A stretch of 64,000 nt of DNA, from positions 248,001 to 312,000 of the forward strand of contig JAYWIR010000012.1 of assembly GCA_036172245.1 (NCBI GenBank). The letters run 5' to 3'. This DNA comes from Raillietiella orientalis (taxonomy: Eukaryota). Each line of letters opens with the position of its first letter. The first letter of the stretch is position 1. A program made the translations under genes and the position numbers. The notes under the pieces were generated by a model. That model did not search any database and was not told where the DNA came from. It was given only the letters and a program-made list of their open reading frames with translations. This document shows, one piece after another, positions 37,750 through 49,499 of the stretch.

Positions 37750-38400
37750 CTCCCCTCCGACCTTCCCATCTCCTTTTCTCCTCGGGACCCTCTCCTGCCG
37801 ACGGGAGGTCTCCTCTGGAGGGACCTGGACCGGCAGCGTGGCTTTTCCGCTGCCCCGCAGCGGCCAAGGGCGATGATCCTTCCCTCACCGACCTTCTGCT
37901 TCTTTCCCCCCAGGCTCGAGTGGGCACGGCTGAGGGAAAACCAGCAGAGAGCCTGGTGAGGGTCCTGAGCAGCTTCCTGAGCGGGCAGGATGAAGCTGCA
38001 GGTGTGGTGCCGGGACTACGCACCCTGGAGTCCAAAATTCGGGACTCGTGCTGACATCTCTCCCCGCGTGTCTTGCTCACGAAGGGTGCGATCACCAAGT
38101 AGCAGCAATATGAAGCTCCTCGATTTCCCTTAGGGGCGAATTGGCAACTGCTTTGTATCAAACGCTGATCGGTGCCCTTTGGAAAAAGATTTTCGTCCTT
38201 GGTCCGGAGGAACTTTGCCCTGTCCTCTGGCAACAACCTTCTTCTTAGTCCCGCTGCTTGACAACAGCCTTCTTCGTCCGCCCTTAGGAACATTGCCCTG
38301 TACTCTGGTAACAACGTTCTTCGCTCCAGAAGAATTTCGTCCTGTTCTCGTCCTTTGGATGTGGTGGTGCAGTCCCAGAGAGAAAAGAATTTGCGCTCAT
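37750..38400 (-). pseudogene. Decayed Sina-like relic with an internal tandem duplication
   Basis: FSLWDCTT ... SKGH ... C/PIR ... DRTLRE ... RCQHES ... HHTCSF / SSCPL. Shares ttctcgtccttt(t)ggatgtg with 35018-35037. Confidence 0.55.
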
Positions 38401-38854
38401 CCTTAGCCCCAGAGCAGTATTCCCTGTCGCTCTGTCCTAAAGCTGAACATGCATGCGTCAAGAATGCTTAAGAACGGAGCTCCTGTAACGCCACGTCTTT
38501 TCGGTTTTTCATTCGGCACGCGCGCCTCTGCAGCTTCTGACGTGGGTGACGACTCGTTCTCTTGGGAGTTGGGAATCGTCCGGTCCTTGGTCGGCTTCGA
38601 ATCCGCTTCCAGAGAATCTCTACTGGCTGCGGCTCCATGTGCTGTTGCCTGGGACGGGCTGATTGGACTCACATGCTTCTCGACAGTTCGCTACTGCCGC
38701 CCGGCGGACCATTCCGAGGAGAGCGATCGGCACCAGTTTGCGCGGGAGGATCCGCCCAAGCCAGGAAGAAACACGCATCCCAACCGTCTCCTGGGAAGAG
38801 GACTCTCCACGCGTCTTCTCTGCGGGAAAGCAGCGGCAGCAGCCTGTCGGTGGG

Positions 38855-39350
38855 ATGGGATCTCTCGTGCCTCGTCGCAGGAACTGTGAAATGCCTGGGG
38901 CGGATGGTCGGCAGTAAAGCACACGGCTGCTGGAGGAGCACAGCGTTGTGGCGGCTCCGGAGAACCTGCCAGATCGCGCCAGATGAACTGGCGACGAGTC
39001 CTCCACTCTCGTGTGCGGTCAACTCCGTGCTTTCCCCTTAGATGACAGCACACCCTAGCAGTACGTATCCTGATGGGACCGCCTGCGGAGCCGCATGGCG
39101 AGGGGGCCCCTGGCTAGTGCTTTCTCGCACCCCTGTGATGATGACCCAAGGGGCTTCCCACGCCCACGCGAGTGGCCTTTCTGCGGCTTCGTTCCCGAGG
39201 GCGTGATAGCACCCGTCCGCTTCAGGGGGCATGCGGAGACAGCAGCTGCTTGTTTTCACGGCTGCAAAGGGTCGAGTGGCGGCACCCCCTGATCCAAGAA
39301 ACCAGGACTAATGTGTCCTGCATTGCTCCCGGGCTCAGGGACCGGCGACT
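38855..39350 (+). pseudogene. Decayed Sina-like relic
   Basis: DLSCLV ... GCW/EEHSV/CGG ... RTCQIAPDEL ... AVNSVLSP*. Confidence 0.6.
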
Positions 39351-39499
39351 CCTCCCTCAGCCCCAGTCACCTCCGTGAAGAAACATCTCGACTCCTCCCG
39401 GGAAGCCGTGGCTGCGCTGCGGGTGGGAATCCTGCTCCTTGGTAGAGAGATGGCCCCACTGCTTTCGCTTATCCACACAAATAAGCCTTTTGGCTCCCG

Positions 39500-40030
39500 G
39501 GGATACGTGTTGACTCTTCAGCTTCGGGGGTGCCCTGGGAGGGGACCACCCGATGAATCCAGGAAGGACTCTGGAGACCGTTCCTCGTGCGCTTGGGAGG
39601 GTACCCTGAAGGGAACCTCCTTGACTCCTGGAAGGACCCTGGAGGGTAGAGGGTCGTCGTCCAATCCCGGAAGCCAGTCAACGGGGGCACCCGGCTTCCC
39701 CCAGTGCCGCACCCGAAGCCATCCGAGGCCAGGCAGCGTCATTCTGCAGGGAGAACTCGGAATCCACTCCTCTGGAGCAGATCCTCCACATGGGGATTCG
39801 AACCCGCAACGCACGGCACCGCATGCGGAGATCGCAACAGCCACGCAGGGGAACCTAGAGCAGAGCTTCCGAGATCGACCGGCAGATGGTTCTCGCCGCC
39901 TCGAAGCGAGAGCACTTGTTCCGTTGGCTCGGCGTGAGAGGCGTCACGAGCGCTGCAAGGAGTGGCGTCGCACGGAACGCGTCTCTGGTCGTCAGGGGCA
40001 ACCTACCTTCTCCCCGCGCACCAGAAGGTG
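39500..40030 (-). pseudogene. Decayed Sina-like relic directly downstream of the orphan secreted-protein gene
   Basis: RRHSL/CSAR ... NKCSRF ... EN ... SRFPCVA ... PGAPVDWL (compare LPGAVDWV). Confidence 0.55.
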
Positions 40031-40248
40031 CACGAGGAGGCCCTGCTCCCCCCTCCTTCCCTCCCCTATACCCGGATCTCCCTCAGTTTCGCGGTCAGTG
40101 AGGACATCGTCGCCTTCTTCTTTTATTCGTAGCCCCCGGGCAGAGGTCGCACCTTCCCCAGCACGACTTTGCCGGACGGTTTCGGGAAGGCCCGCAGGGG
40201 ATGGGGCTCCCCGGCCGAGTCGAATTCTCGAGCGGGCCGCGCAAGGCC

Positions 40249-41278
40249 TCACCTCGGTCGCATCTTGAAGAAGGCCGCCAGCGGGTGGAGCAGGCGGTGT
40301 CGCACCCGAGGCGCGCGCGCTTCGGAGTCGGACAGCAGCGCCTCCAGCGACATCTTCGCCGCGTCCTTGAGCGGACCCGTCACCTGCGGGAGCAGCACCT
40401 TCCTCTCGGCCGCCCCCCGCGCCTGCACGTAGGCCGCTAGCTTCTTGCTGAAGACGTCGATTTGCCTGCTGGTTGCCTCGGGCAGGGCGGCGTCCACCTC
40501 CTCCACCGCCTCCCGCGATCCGGCGGCCACTCCCTCCGCACCGCCACCGCTCTCCTCCTTCGCCTTCTTCTTCAGCGCCCTCTTCCGGGACTCGACAAAG
40601 TCCTCCGCCAGCACGGCCAGCAACCGCTTTGCCTCCAGCCGTAGGGCGCTCCTGAGTGACCTCAACTCTGCCTCTTCCGGCGACTCGACCCTCTCCGTCG
40701 CCGTCTTCGTCTGCGGCGGGGCAGGGGCAGGGGCAGGGGCAGGAGCTGGGACAGGGGCTGGAAGCGAACGAGGAGGAGGAGAAGGAGCAGGAGGAGAAGC
40801 GTCGCTAGGTGGAGCCACCGCCGCCTCCTTTACCCTGCCTGGCTCTTCGCCTTCCCTCAACCTCTCGGCGATCCTCTTCGCCAGTACGTCCACCAGCGGC
40901 TCCGACCGCGCCTCGTGCTTCTCATTCTCCGGAGGCACCCGCAGTATCCTTCTGCTGACCTCCTCCAGCAGCTCCTCCGCGGAAGCGCACGCGAGGCTCT
41001 CGGACGCTGGCCGCTTCCCGGACTGTGGCCGCAACTCCTCCGCCAAATCCCGCGTGGACTCGGAGATCTCTGAGATCAGCGCCGCCAGCCTCTCGCCGCC
41101 CAGGCCTCGCCCGCCCTCTCCCGCGGCGGGCAGCGCCGCCAGGAGGCAGGCGGTGGCTGAGACGAAGACCACCACCAGCTGAGGGAAGAGCGCTCGTCCA
41201 CCGTCCGCCTCCTCACCCCCCCCCCCCCCACGACCCTACACTCACCCTGCGCAGCGTCCAGGCCATCGTCCTCTCCAT
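40249..41278 (-). CDS. Orphan secreted protein, 320 aa, 2 exons (helical E/A/R/K-rich halves joined by a Pro-Ala hinge)
   Basis: Exon 1 41278-41246 (MERTMAWTLRR), GTGAGT..CCCTCAG intron 41245-41179, exon 2 41178-40249. Splicing creates a signal-peptide-like N-terminus MERTMAWTLRRLVVVFVSATACLLAALPAAG. The frame is long and uninterrupted with protein-like composition, and AATAAA lies at 40127-40122. Confidence 0.75.
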
Positions 41279-41589
41279 GTTCAAGGAGTCACCCGTTGCC
41301 GCGGAGACGGGGTGGGGCTGGGGTGCGTCCATCGCAAGCGACTTCTACTCAGAAACAACGCCACGTCTCGCGACTGGCGCGTCTCGCGACACCTTAATGA
41401 GGGGCCGCCCTGGCCCTTCATTAAACCCCCCCTAATCGATCCGCGCCGGTCGCTCCTTTAGTCCGCTTCCTCCCCCACCTCCCCCCTGGAACCTCAGGCG
41501 CCCGGTGGCGCGCGCACCTCGCCAGCTGCCTTTGCCTTTGGCTCACCTCCGCACGGCGGGGGGAAAGCGATAACCGGCGCACGCCATCA

Positions 41590-41955
41590 TCCGCCCCTCC
41601 CCCTCCTCTCTTTCTCCTCCCCATTCCTTCCCTAGTCCTCCTCCTCTTCCTGCCCCATTGTCCCCACATTCCTCCCATCCTCTTCCTCTTTTTCTCTCCA
41701 CCCCATTCCTCCCCATTCCTTCCTTCCGCCCCCTCTTTTTCTTCCCTCTCCACCTCTCTTCCCCCTTTCCATTCTTCTCCTCTTCGTCTTTCCCCATTTC
41801 TTCCCTCTTCCTTCCCATTCCTTCTGCTGTTTCCTTCCCTCTCCACCTCACCATTTCTCCTTCCCTTCCTTCTCCTCCTCCTCTTCCACTTTCACCCCCT
41901 TTCCCTTCCCCTATTCCTCTCCCTGCCCCCCCCTTTTGCTCCCCTCCTCTTCCTC
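41590..41955 (-). repeat. Homopyrimidine tract, inverted counterpart of 29713-30125
   Basis: About 365 nt of C/T. The flank gcgcgagccaccgggtgtctgcggtcggaggaagagg (reverse complement) aligns to 29683-29723. Confidence 0.85.
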
Positions 41956-42049
41956 CGACCGCAGACACCCGGTGGCTCGCGCTACCGCCCCCAACCGCGA
42001 TTTCGTCTTCCGCTGCCTCCTCCCTCTCCTTCTGCTCCCCCCGCGCACA

Positions 42050-42707
42050 CCTCCTCCCGGAGGCGGAAAGCCTCAGAATCCCTCGAGCAGCGCCTGCGTG
42101 GAACGGGTCGCTCCCCGGACGGAGCCCCAGCGGCGTCCTTGGCTGCACTCTCGGAGGCCGACGGACGTCGGGCAGCCGGGAGCGGCGGAAGGCAAAGACG
42201 ACGACGACGGGGCGGGACCTGAGCGTGGGGAAGCGCGTTGCCGAGGTGGGCAGACCTCCCACTCCGCCACCCTCTCGAGCGCCCATCTGTGGTCTCAGCT
42301 CGGAGGCCGGGGCGTTCCCTGGGAGGCGCCCCGTCCCGTCCCCCAGTCGGGGCGGGCGGATCCCTCGGCAGGGGCGGCTCTGCGGGCGACAGGCGATGCC
42401 GTCGACCCCGCGAGGGCCAGGCCGGCCTGGCTCGGTGGCCGCGCGAGCGGAGCCGTGCAGACCGGCAATTCCCGGTCTCCCACGAGCTCTAGGGGAAGCC
42501 CAGTCGGCATGGCAACACCGATCCCGAGGGAGCGGAGATCTGCCGGCATAGCACGGGAAAATCCAGGGAGAGAGAGGTCCCTGGTGAGCGGCATCCGAAG
42601 CGAGGGAACTCTAAGTTCCGCCCGCACCCGCGAGATGTCCGACCTGCGCGACCGAGTCTAGTCCAGAGGCGGTCCTCTCGAGCTGCGGACTCGTTCGATT
42701 TCTCCAC
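42050..42707 (-). pseudogene. Decayed Sina-like relic
   Basis: RNLEFPRFG ... PCYAG ... ELPVCTAPL. Confidence 0.55.
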
Positions 42708-43054
42708 GGTCGGCAGGTCCGCCCGCGAACGCCTTGCGAACTGCCTGCCGGTTCCCGCTTGCCTCCATCTTGAGAATCCACGATCGCGAAATGGAAGCGG
42801 AAATCCTCACTCACGTCCACGGCAGCTTGCAGAACGATCGCAGCCGGGTTCGTTGACAAGAGTGGAGTCGAAATCCGTTTGTGGAAAGGCTCCGAGGGCC
42901 CTAGACGTTCCCCAAACCGCGCAATTAGACTTCCCATACTCGTGCTCAACCCCTTCTCGCGATGCGACCGCCTGAAATTAGGGCTCCGCTCAGATGCTGC
43001 ATTGTGTGCACTGGACTTCCACTAGAGAAACAGAAAAAGAAAACAAAAAACCAA

Positions 43055-43450
43055 TGAAGGATGCATGAGATCTGAATCTTTTTTGGATTCGAAGATAAAG
43101 ATGGAACATCGCCTTTGCCTCGCACGCCGAGGCTCCAGAATTCAGCTGGAGAGCGCGGTTTGTCCCAACTTCAGACGGCGGAGGATTTAAAATTCATGCA
43201 AAGACACGAAAATGAAAGGTAGCTTAGCAACACGAAATCCTGTCTGTTATAAGCGCCACCATTTTGAGGATGGAAAACGCCATTTCATGGCAACAGTGTT
43301 CTTGACGATGGAAACTGAGCTTCACTCGAGCATGCTGGAGATTTTCTATTCCTTCTTCTCTGTGTGCAGCCCGCTACAATTAGACAAAAGTAATAATAGA
43401 TTGAAATCATTTTAGGCGATGTAGATGGCGCAGTCGAATCATGCTCTGGA
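43055..43450 (+). pseudogene. Decayed Sina-like relic
   Basis: GCMRS ... EHRLCLAR ... NPVCYK ... KRHF. Confidence 0.45.
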
Positions 43451-43699
43451 TAAAATTTTCACTTCCCAAGCAAAGTATTTCACTGCCCTTCAAATGTTCA
43501 GGGAAAGAGAATTCCTTGAGGATGCTAAACATAGCATGGTAAATTTTAGGACCATGTTATTTCCTGTTTATCGACTTAATTAATTTTACAAAGTCAGATT
43601 CCATCCAAGGATGGATCGCACTTGAGGGAACTATTAAAGCAAGAGAGGAAAAAGAACACGCGAAGACAGTCGGGAAAAAAAACGTGGGTAAAAGTAAAA

Positions 43700-44100
43700 G
43701 CACGGCACTAAGCCAAAGTCCCAGTTCGTACGAATCGAAAAGGAAATCCACATTGGTTATATTGAGTGGTGGTGTTCATGGACGTCAGTCACTCGAACGA
43801 GCACCGCCAATCCAACGAGGGTTCCATCACTTCTTACACGGTTGAACCAAACATTCGTGTTGGATCTTCGACAGCGTCGACGGCAATAGGGAACCTACCA
43901 GCGTTGCGATTGCATCCTTGATCCAGCCACCTACGGAATGTTTTTCGTCCTTCAGGAAGGGGAAGTTTAAAAGTTCCCAATAACAGTGCATAAAGACAAG
44001 TGGTAACCCCGGCATGGTGGACGATTTGGGAAATGCTCGGGAAGGGAGAGAAAGGAGATGCAGTTGCCTACGGCCCCAGAGGAACGGGAAAGGCATTTTC
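43700..44100 (-). pseudogene. Decayed Sina-like relic
   Basis: KDEKHSVGGW ... LVQPCKK. Confidence 0.4.
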
Positions 44101-45452
44101 GGTTTCGTTTTACAGAGTAGGGAGAGAAAAAAAAAAGGTACACATGGTTTTTTTGGTGCTTTCAAGCATGCGTTCTTCGATGTTGACGTAATCCGCTTGT
44201 CTTCCCGACCTAGAGGTCCTGTGATCCAGAGTCATGGGCGTTATTTTACAGGTAATGGTTTAATTGCTGAAAAACGGCAATCAAAAAGAATAATAAAAAA
44301 AAAAAAAAAAAAAAAAAAAGCCACGCCAAGCTTCGAAGTTGGACGAAAAATAATTTGCCTCACTTAACCACTTGGCGAACATGGAATTGCAAGAGCAGGT
44401 ATCGACGGACGTGCCAAAAAAAAAAAAAAAAAACAAGCATCTTTCTCCTTCCTTGCAAGTTCTACGAAATAAGTAAGTCAAAGGAGTAAAACAGGTGTCC
44501 GGCTTCTAGATAATTTAATGGTGTTCGGACAAAAAAGTCTGCCCTTGACAGGCGACTAGTTCATGAAATTTCAACACGCACCGGTTGCAATGACTTCGAA
44601 CAAAAGGACAAACGGATAATTTTTCTACTTGGATAGAAGTATTACTTTAACGTATTTGGGCAAAATCGGCATTACACCTTTCGAAAACGGAGGGGGGAAA
44701 AAAAAAGGGGGTGGGGGAGGGGAATCTGGAATTTTGGAAATGCTTTCACTCGGCTTGTTTAATGACGTTCCTTAATTAGTTGAGGTTTTGCAATGTTTGC
44801 AATGAATCCATCCGGATTCCACAACCAAGCGTGCGATCCTGCAAATATGTTGTTCTCTCCTGAAGTTACTGCTTGAAGCAACCAGGCAAAACAAAAGGCT
44901 CTCCTGAGGAGCAACCTAGGTTTTTTGAATGGTCTCAAGTATTCCTGGTTTTCATGTTTAGAAATGACTTCAAAAACTGCAATTAAGCAAAAAAAACAAA
45001 TAAATAAGTAACTTTAGCACTACCAGACGATGCAAATATTATTATTTTATTGATTTTTGAATTTAAATTTGATAATTTTCCTAGGTTTGGGAACTATCAG
45101 CTGCAAGCTGATTCGACATGCTAGTGATGAACGTGGATGTCAAAGGAAGGAAGTTGAATCCGTCACATCCAATCTGCGCAACAACTAATGTTTAGTAATG
45201 TCACAACATATGGCATCAACGTTTAGCAGTGTCACAAGTGAACATTTCTGGACAGCTTTTTCAAACTTAAATAGTAATCAAGTACCCGCAAATCACCAGT
45301 ATCTTCATGTTCCCATTGCATCCGGGAGAGCATTAATGAGATCATTTTTTCTAGAGGTTCGATGTCTCATTGAGATGCAAATGAAAGACTATGAATATTC
45401 TCCCCACTCAGTATCATTGTGACAGAAAAGGCAATGCCCAGGATACTAAATG

Positions 45453-46449
45453 TTAACTCCGATCTCGATATAACAAGTAGTCTTTAATTGGTGTGGGAAG
45501 ATTGAGATGATCAAGCAAGTGGTGACGATCTGTATCAATGAACTGACGAATAGCTCGACGACATAGAACCATCAATGGCAATGGATCTGGTTCCAACCCC
45601 CCACGATATTTCATGGTAATTTCACAATGACCCCACACAGCACTGACAACTGGGTAAAGTTTCCTGCCTCGTAATCCACGAAATGCAACTCCAAGATACT
45701 GGTTGTCAACCATAAAAGCAAGAGTGCCATCATCCATATCTAAAATGGCTAAAAAACAAAAACAAAAAAATAATGACTGCAATTCAACTGCAAATTTTTT
45801 TCATACCAAGAAAAGTATCTGGAACTAGGTACTTTTCATCCTGTTTGAAGATGCAAGGATACGGTACATCTAGTGGATTGTTTTTTGGATCATGGTAAAG
45901 CTTATTTCTTCCTAGGTCCCATCCCCATGACTGGTCATTACTGCCTACTAGACTGTGATAGCCAACTGTATGTAAAGGTGCTTCAGCAGTGGCTACACCC
46001 ACAACAGCATGTGTACCACGTTGGCGCACAGACCAATGGATTTCCCAAACGTGCAAGCCTTGTGTGTATCCATATTTTCCACGGATGCAGTCAGTACTTT
46101 GGGCTACAGGATGGCGATGAAATGTCAAGCAATCATCATCCTGTAAACTGCTATGCAGGTATGAGCACTGTAAGGAGGACGTACCTTCACAAAGATGTTC
46201 AAGGAGCGATCGCATGTGTTCCAAGAATGCTTTAGCTGTACTTCTGTGGGCACTGGTGGCATATCCAAAAGCATCTCTAGGCGTGCAGAGTAAGTTGGCT
46301 GCATTACTGACATTTCATATGACATTTCACTTTTTGTCACAGTTTGCTGTTCCCGGCTGCTACCTTTTCCTGATGCTGCCAGAGCACAGATTTACTGGAC
46401 AGGAATACTCCATTCTGAACTTACACATTTTTGCAGCGATCGCACCCAT
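45453..46449 (-). CDS. gus: SPRY-domain SOCS-box protein (gustavus / SPSB1-4 family), 281 aa
   Basis: Exons 46449-46425, 46375-46185, 46140-45807 and 45748-45453 total 846 nt. Motifs: [81 protein letters not shown]-terminal SOCS box [28 protein letters not shown] at 45051-45046. A 5'UTR acceptor lies near 46496 and a candidate upstream donor near 48553. Confidence 0.96.
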
Positions 46450-47387
46450 ATTCAGGTACCGTGGACAGCGGCTGCCAGTTTGCCGTAAAGAATATCTGTG
46501 AGAATAGACAGCTGCTTGTTCTGTTTTATCTTTTGAACGTTTGGGAAGGATGTGTCTCTCACAACCAGATGAGACTGTGCAGCAATGATATGGAACACTG
46601 AAGAGATCACTTTTGAGGCAAGCGGAGCTCAATTCTTCTCCCAAGTTTTTCTGGTATGAAGACCTACTCTTGTCTTTCCGTCTGTGGAAATGCCAAAAAA
46701 AGGTCATTAGAAATGCTTGACAACCAAATAAACAACATCGTTCATGTTTCATGTTTGACAACATTTACAAATCATGTGTGGAAAGTTCCGAGTCTTGGAA
46801 ACTTTCCAATGTTGTTGCTTACAATTTGCACGCAAATGATGCAAGAGACTCAGTGCAATAACCGCCACTGTTGTGCAGTTGGATGTGTCCAGCTCGATTC
46901 AAAAAAGGGGGGATGAGCACATGACAAGACGTTTCTAAAGATGCAAAACGACACTAGCAGTGATTGGGAGTACCAAAAGAACAAGCCATCATCCCCCATT
47001 TTCACTGAAGACTGCCTGTACATGCCCATGTTCACAGAGTTCTGCTGTCACACACAATGAGCAATCTGATATTCATGCGAAAAAAGAGGAATCACTAATG
47101 CAAATGACATGAATTACTGGACCGAGGAACATGTGGAGGGATCCTGACACGTTTCTCACATGCCCAGTCTAACTTTCTATGATTCTATTCGTAATAGAAC
47201 AGTTTATTTCCGTCGAGCCTAAAGTGCTTGCTGATACTTTTCGGCACGTTTGCATTTTCCCCCAAGCAAACTGAAGGCTGAATTGCTGCTAAGCATCCAC
47301 GTTTTTTCCGAACAGAATTTCCCATATGTGCCCTCTGTGCGGGGTTGCCTAATGTGACGAAAAGTTTTCCTCCCAGTTTTCGTCTGG

Positions 47388-47424
<37 letters not shown>

Positions 47425-49499
47425 ATGAAAAAGGCATAAAGTTGGCGTTATCGGCAATTCGGAACTCCTTGTGCAGCATTCAAGGGGTGCCGAAGTGCCG
47501 GACCAGGCCATCAACGATGGGCCGCGCCTGGGATACACGAAGACCGAACTCGTGTTTGGTGTGTCTGATGAGAGATAAAGCCTTTTGTGACCGCACGGCG
47601 AGAGGATGTGTGTATCAACGGGGGGAAAAGGAAAAAACTGCCCGGCGGGTTTTTGCTTTCTGCATGCTGTGATGTGTAGATAACGAATTATGCCTTGCGC
47701 TTGGCATTTATCAGTTGGATACACACACAACCGGGGGGGGGGGGGGGAGAACACACACACACACACCTGCGTGGTGCGATTTGTGTTCAATAGGCTTTTC
47801 GGGACGATCGAGACAGTTTCGGTTCTCTCCCGTCCCAACGAAATCCTGATAAGTACGTATCGCGACTTTACTGAAAGGTGCTTTATCAATATTTACCGAG
47901 GATTTGTGTAATGAATTCAGAAAGACATTTCCTGGGCGTCAACACTATGATGTAACACTTTCCTAATGCCATGCAACCAAGATGGTTGGCGAGAGGTGAG
48001 GCAATAGGTCCCCTGGAAGACTGTCCTGAATATTTACGAAAACTGATAAACCTTGGCATAATAACAGTGCCTCCCTGTCTTCGGTTCTGAGATGCTGAGA
48101 CGTTGGCGCCGATCGATACTGCACCACTGCACCGCATGCCTCCGGACCCCCATCCGAGATTATCCGAACCTATTTTCTCCCAAGACACACTCATCTGCTC
48201 GCACAGCACACAAAGTAATAGGCGAGCATTCGGAAAGCTTCGCTCCTAATTATGCAAATTCGATTCATCAACGGGGGAGGGGGAGGAGGAGTGGGGGGGG
48301 AGGGAGGAAAGAAAGAAACAAAAGAAAAAGGAAAGAGAGAGAGAAAGAGGGGGGGGGGGAGAGCGGGAAAGAAAGAAAGAAAGAAAGAAGAAAGAAAAAA
48401 AATTCGCAAATCCTCGAAAGTCAAAGAAAGCCACAGCTGTCGTAACGACGGGGAGGAGGAGGAGGAGGAGGAGGAGGAGGAGCAGCAGCAGCAGCAGCAG
48501 CACACGAAGTAACATGCAAGCCAAAGACCGAAAGGCCCCCCCCCCCCACGTACCTGGTTCCTGATATTCTGCCGACTTTGCCAAACGATCTCACGTCCAT
48601 CTCTTCGAAACCGCAAGGTACGCGACGCTCAGCCAAGCACAAGCGAACAAAGACTGGCATACAGTCTCGAGCACGAGACGGTTGCAACGGCAGCCATCTT
48701 CTGACAAAGAGAACGTACAGCCAGCCGCCCCGTAGTAGCCTTTCACTGTGCTGCCTGCACTCCGAGCGGAGCACTGTTTACACTTGTGATGTACGACGTC
48801 ACCTCACACTTTCCCTTCCCCCCCCCCTCCCTGCCTCCCCATTTGGTATATCACTTTTATGCCCCCTGGGCACAGACAAAACGAGTTCCCGGTATTTCAC
48901 TTTGAATTCGGAATTTTTTCGGTTACGCTCGCGAGCTCAGGCAGGGGCCGCGTTTGCGGATAAAGGGAGGGACGTTCTTCTTGTGCTGCTGCTGCTGCAC
49001 GTCTTGACGCACTTGGGGAAGAAGAACGGCCCTCCCCACTCCCTACAAACACGTCTGCCGTTGAAGCGGGGGAGGACGGCGGGGGGGTGGGGTGAAGAAG
49101 AAGAGGCGTGCACGGAACCGTCCTGTAGCGGGTGCGCATGCGCGGCGTGCGTCTGCTCCCAGGACGCGTGTCCCGCCCGATGACGCAGGGGGATCGGATG
49201 CAAGCAGGCCGCAAGCACGGAAAACGGCAGCGGTCCACGAGATTTTTCTCGGAATCAGGATGCGTCTGGACCTGGTCGGTGTGCGGCGTCGCATCTCTGG
49301 CGTCTCGTGAGCTATGGGGGCAGACAACCTTCATGCGGACTGCAGGCCCCATCTACCCCATTGCCAGTACGTGTACACAAAAGCAGCCAGTGCCTGCCTT
49401 TTTTTTTTCCTTTTCCTTCTTTTTTTTTTAAAAAAAAGGAAACAAAAAAAAATGATATGCAAATACGCCCAAGAGGCGAAAAACGAAAGAAACTTGCTT

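Noticed and set aside
38190..38340. RRTLLPEYRAMFLR / RRRLLPEDRAKFLR as neuropeptide-precursor repeats
   Set aside because: No signal peptide or amidation sites. It is an internal DNA duplication inside a relic.
39790..39806. tRNA B-box-like GGTTCGAATCC (- strand); a similar motif lies at ~23158
   Set aside because: No T-stem, cloverleaf or properly spaced A-box.
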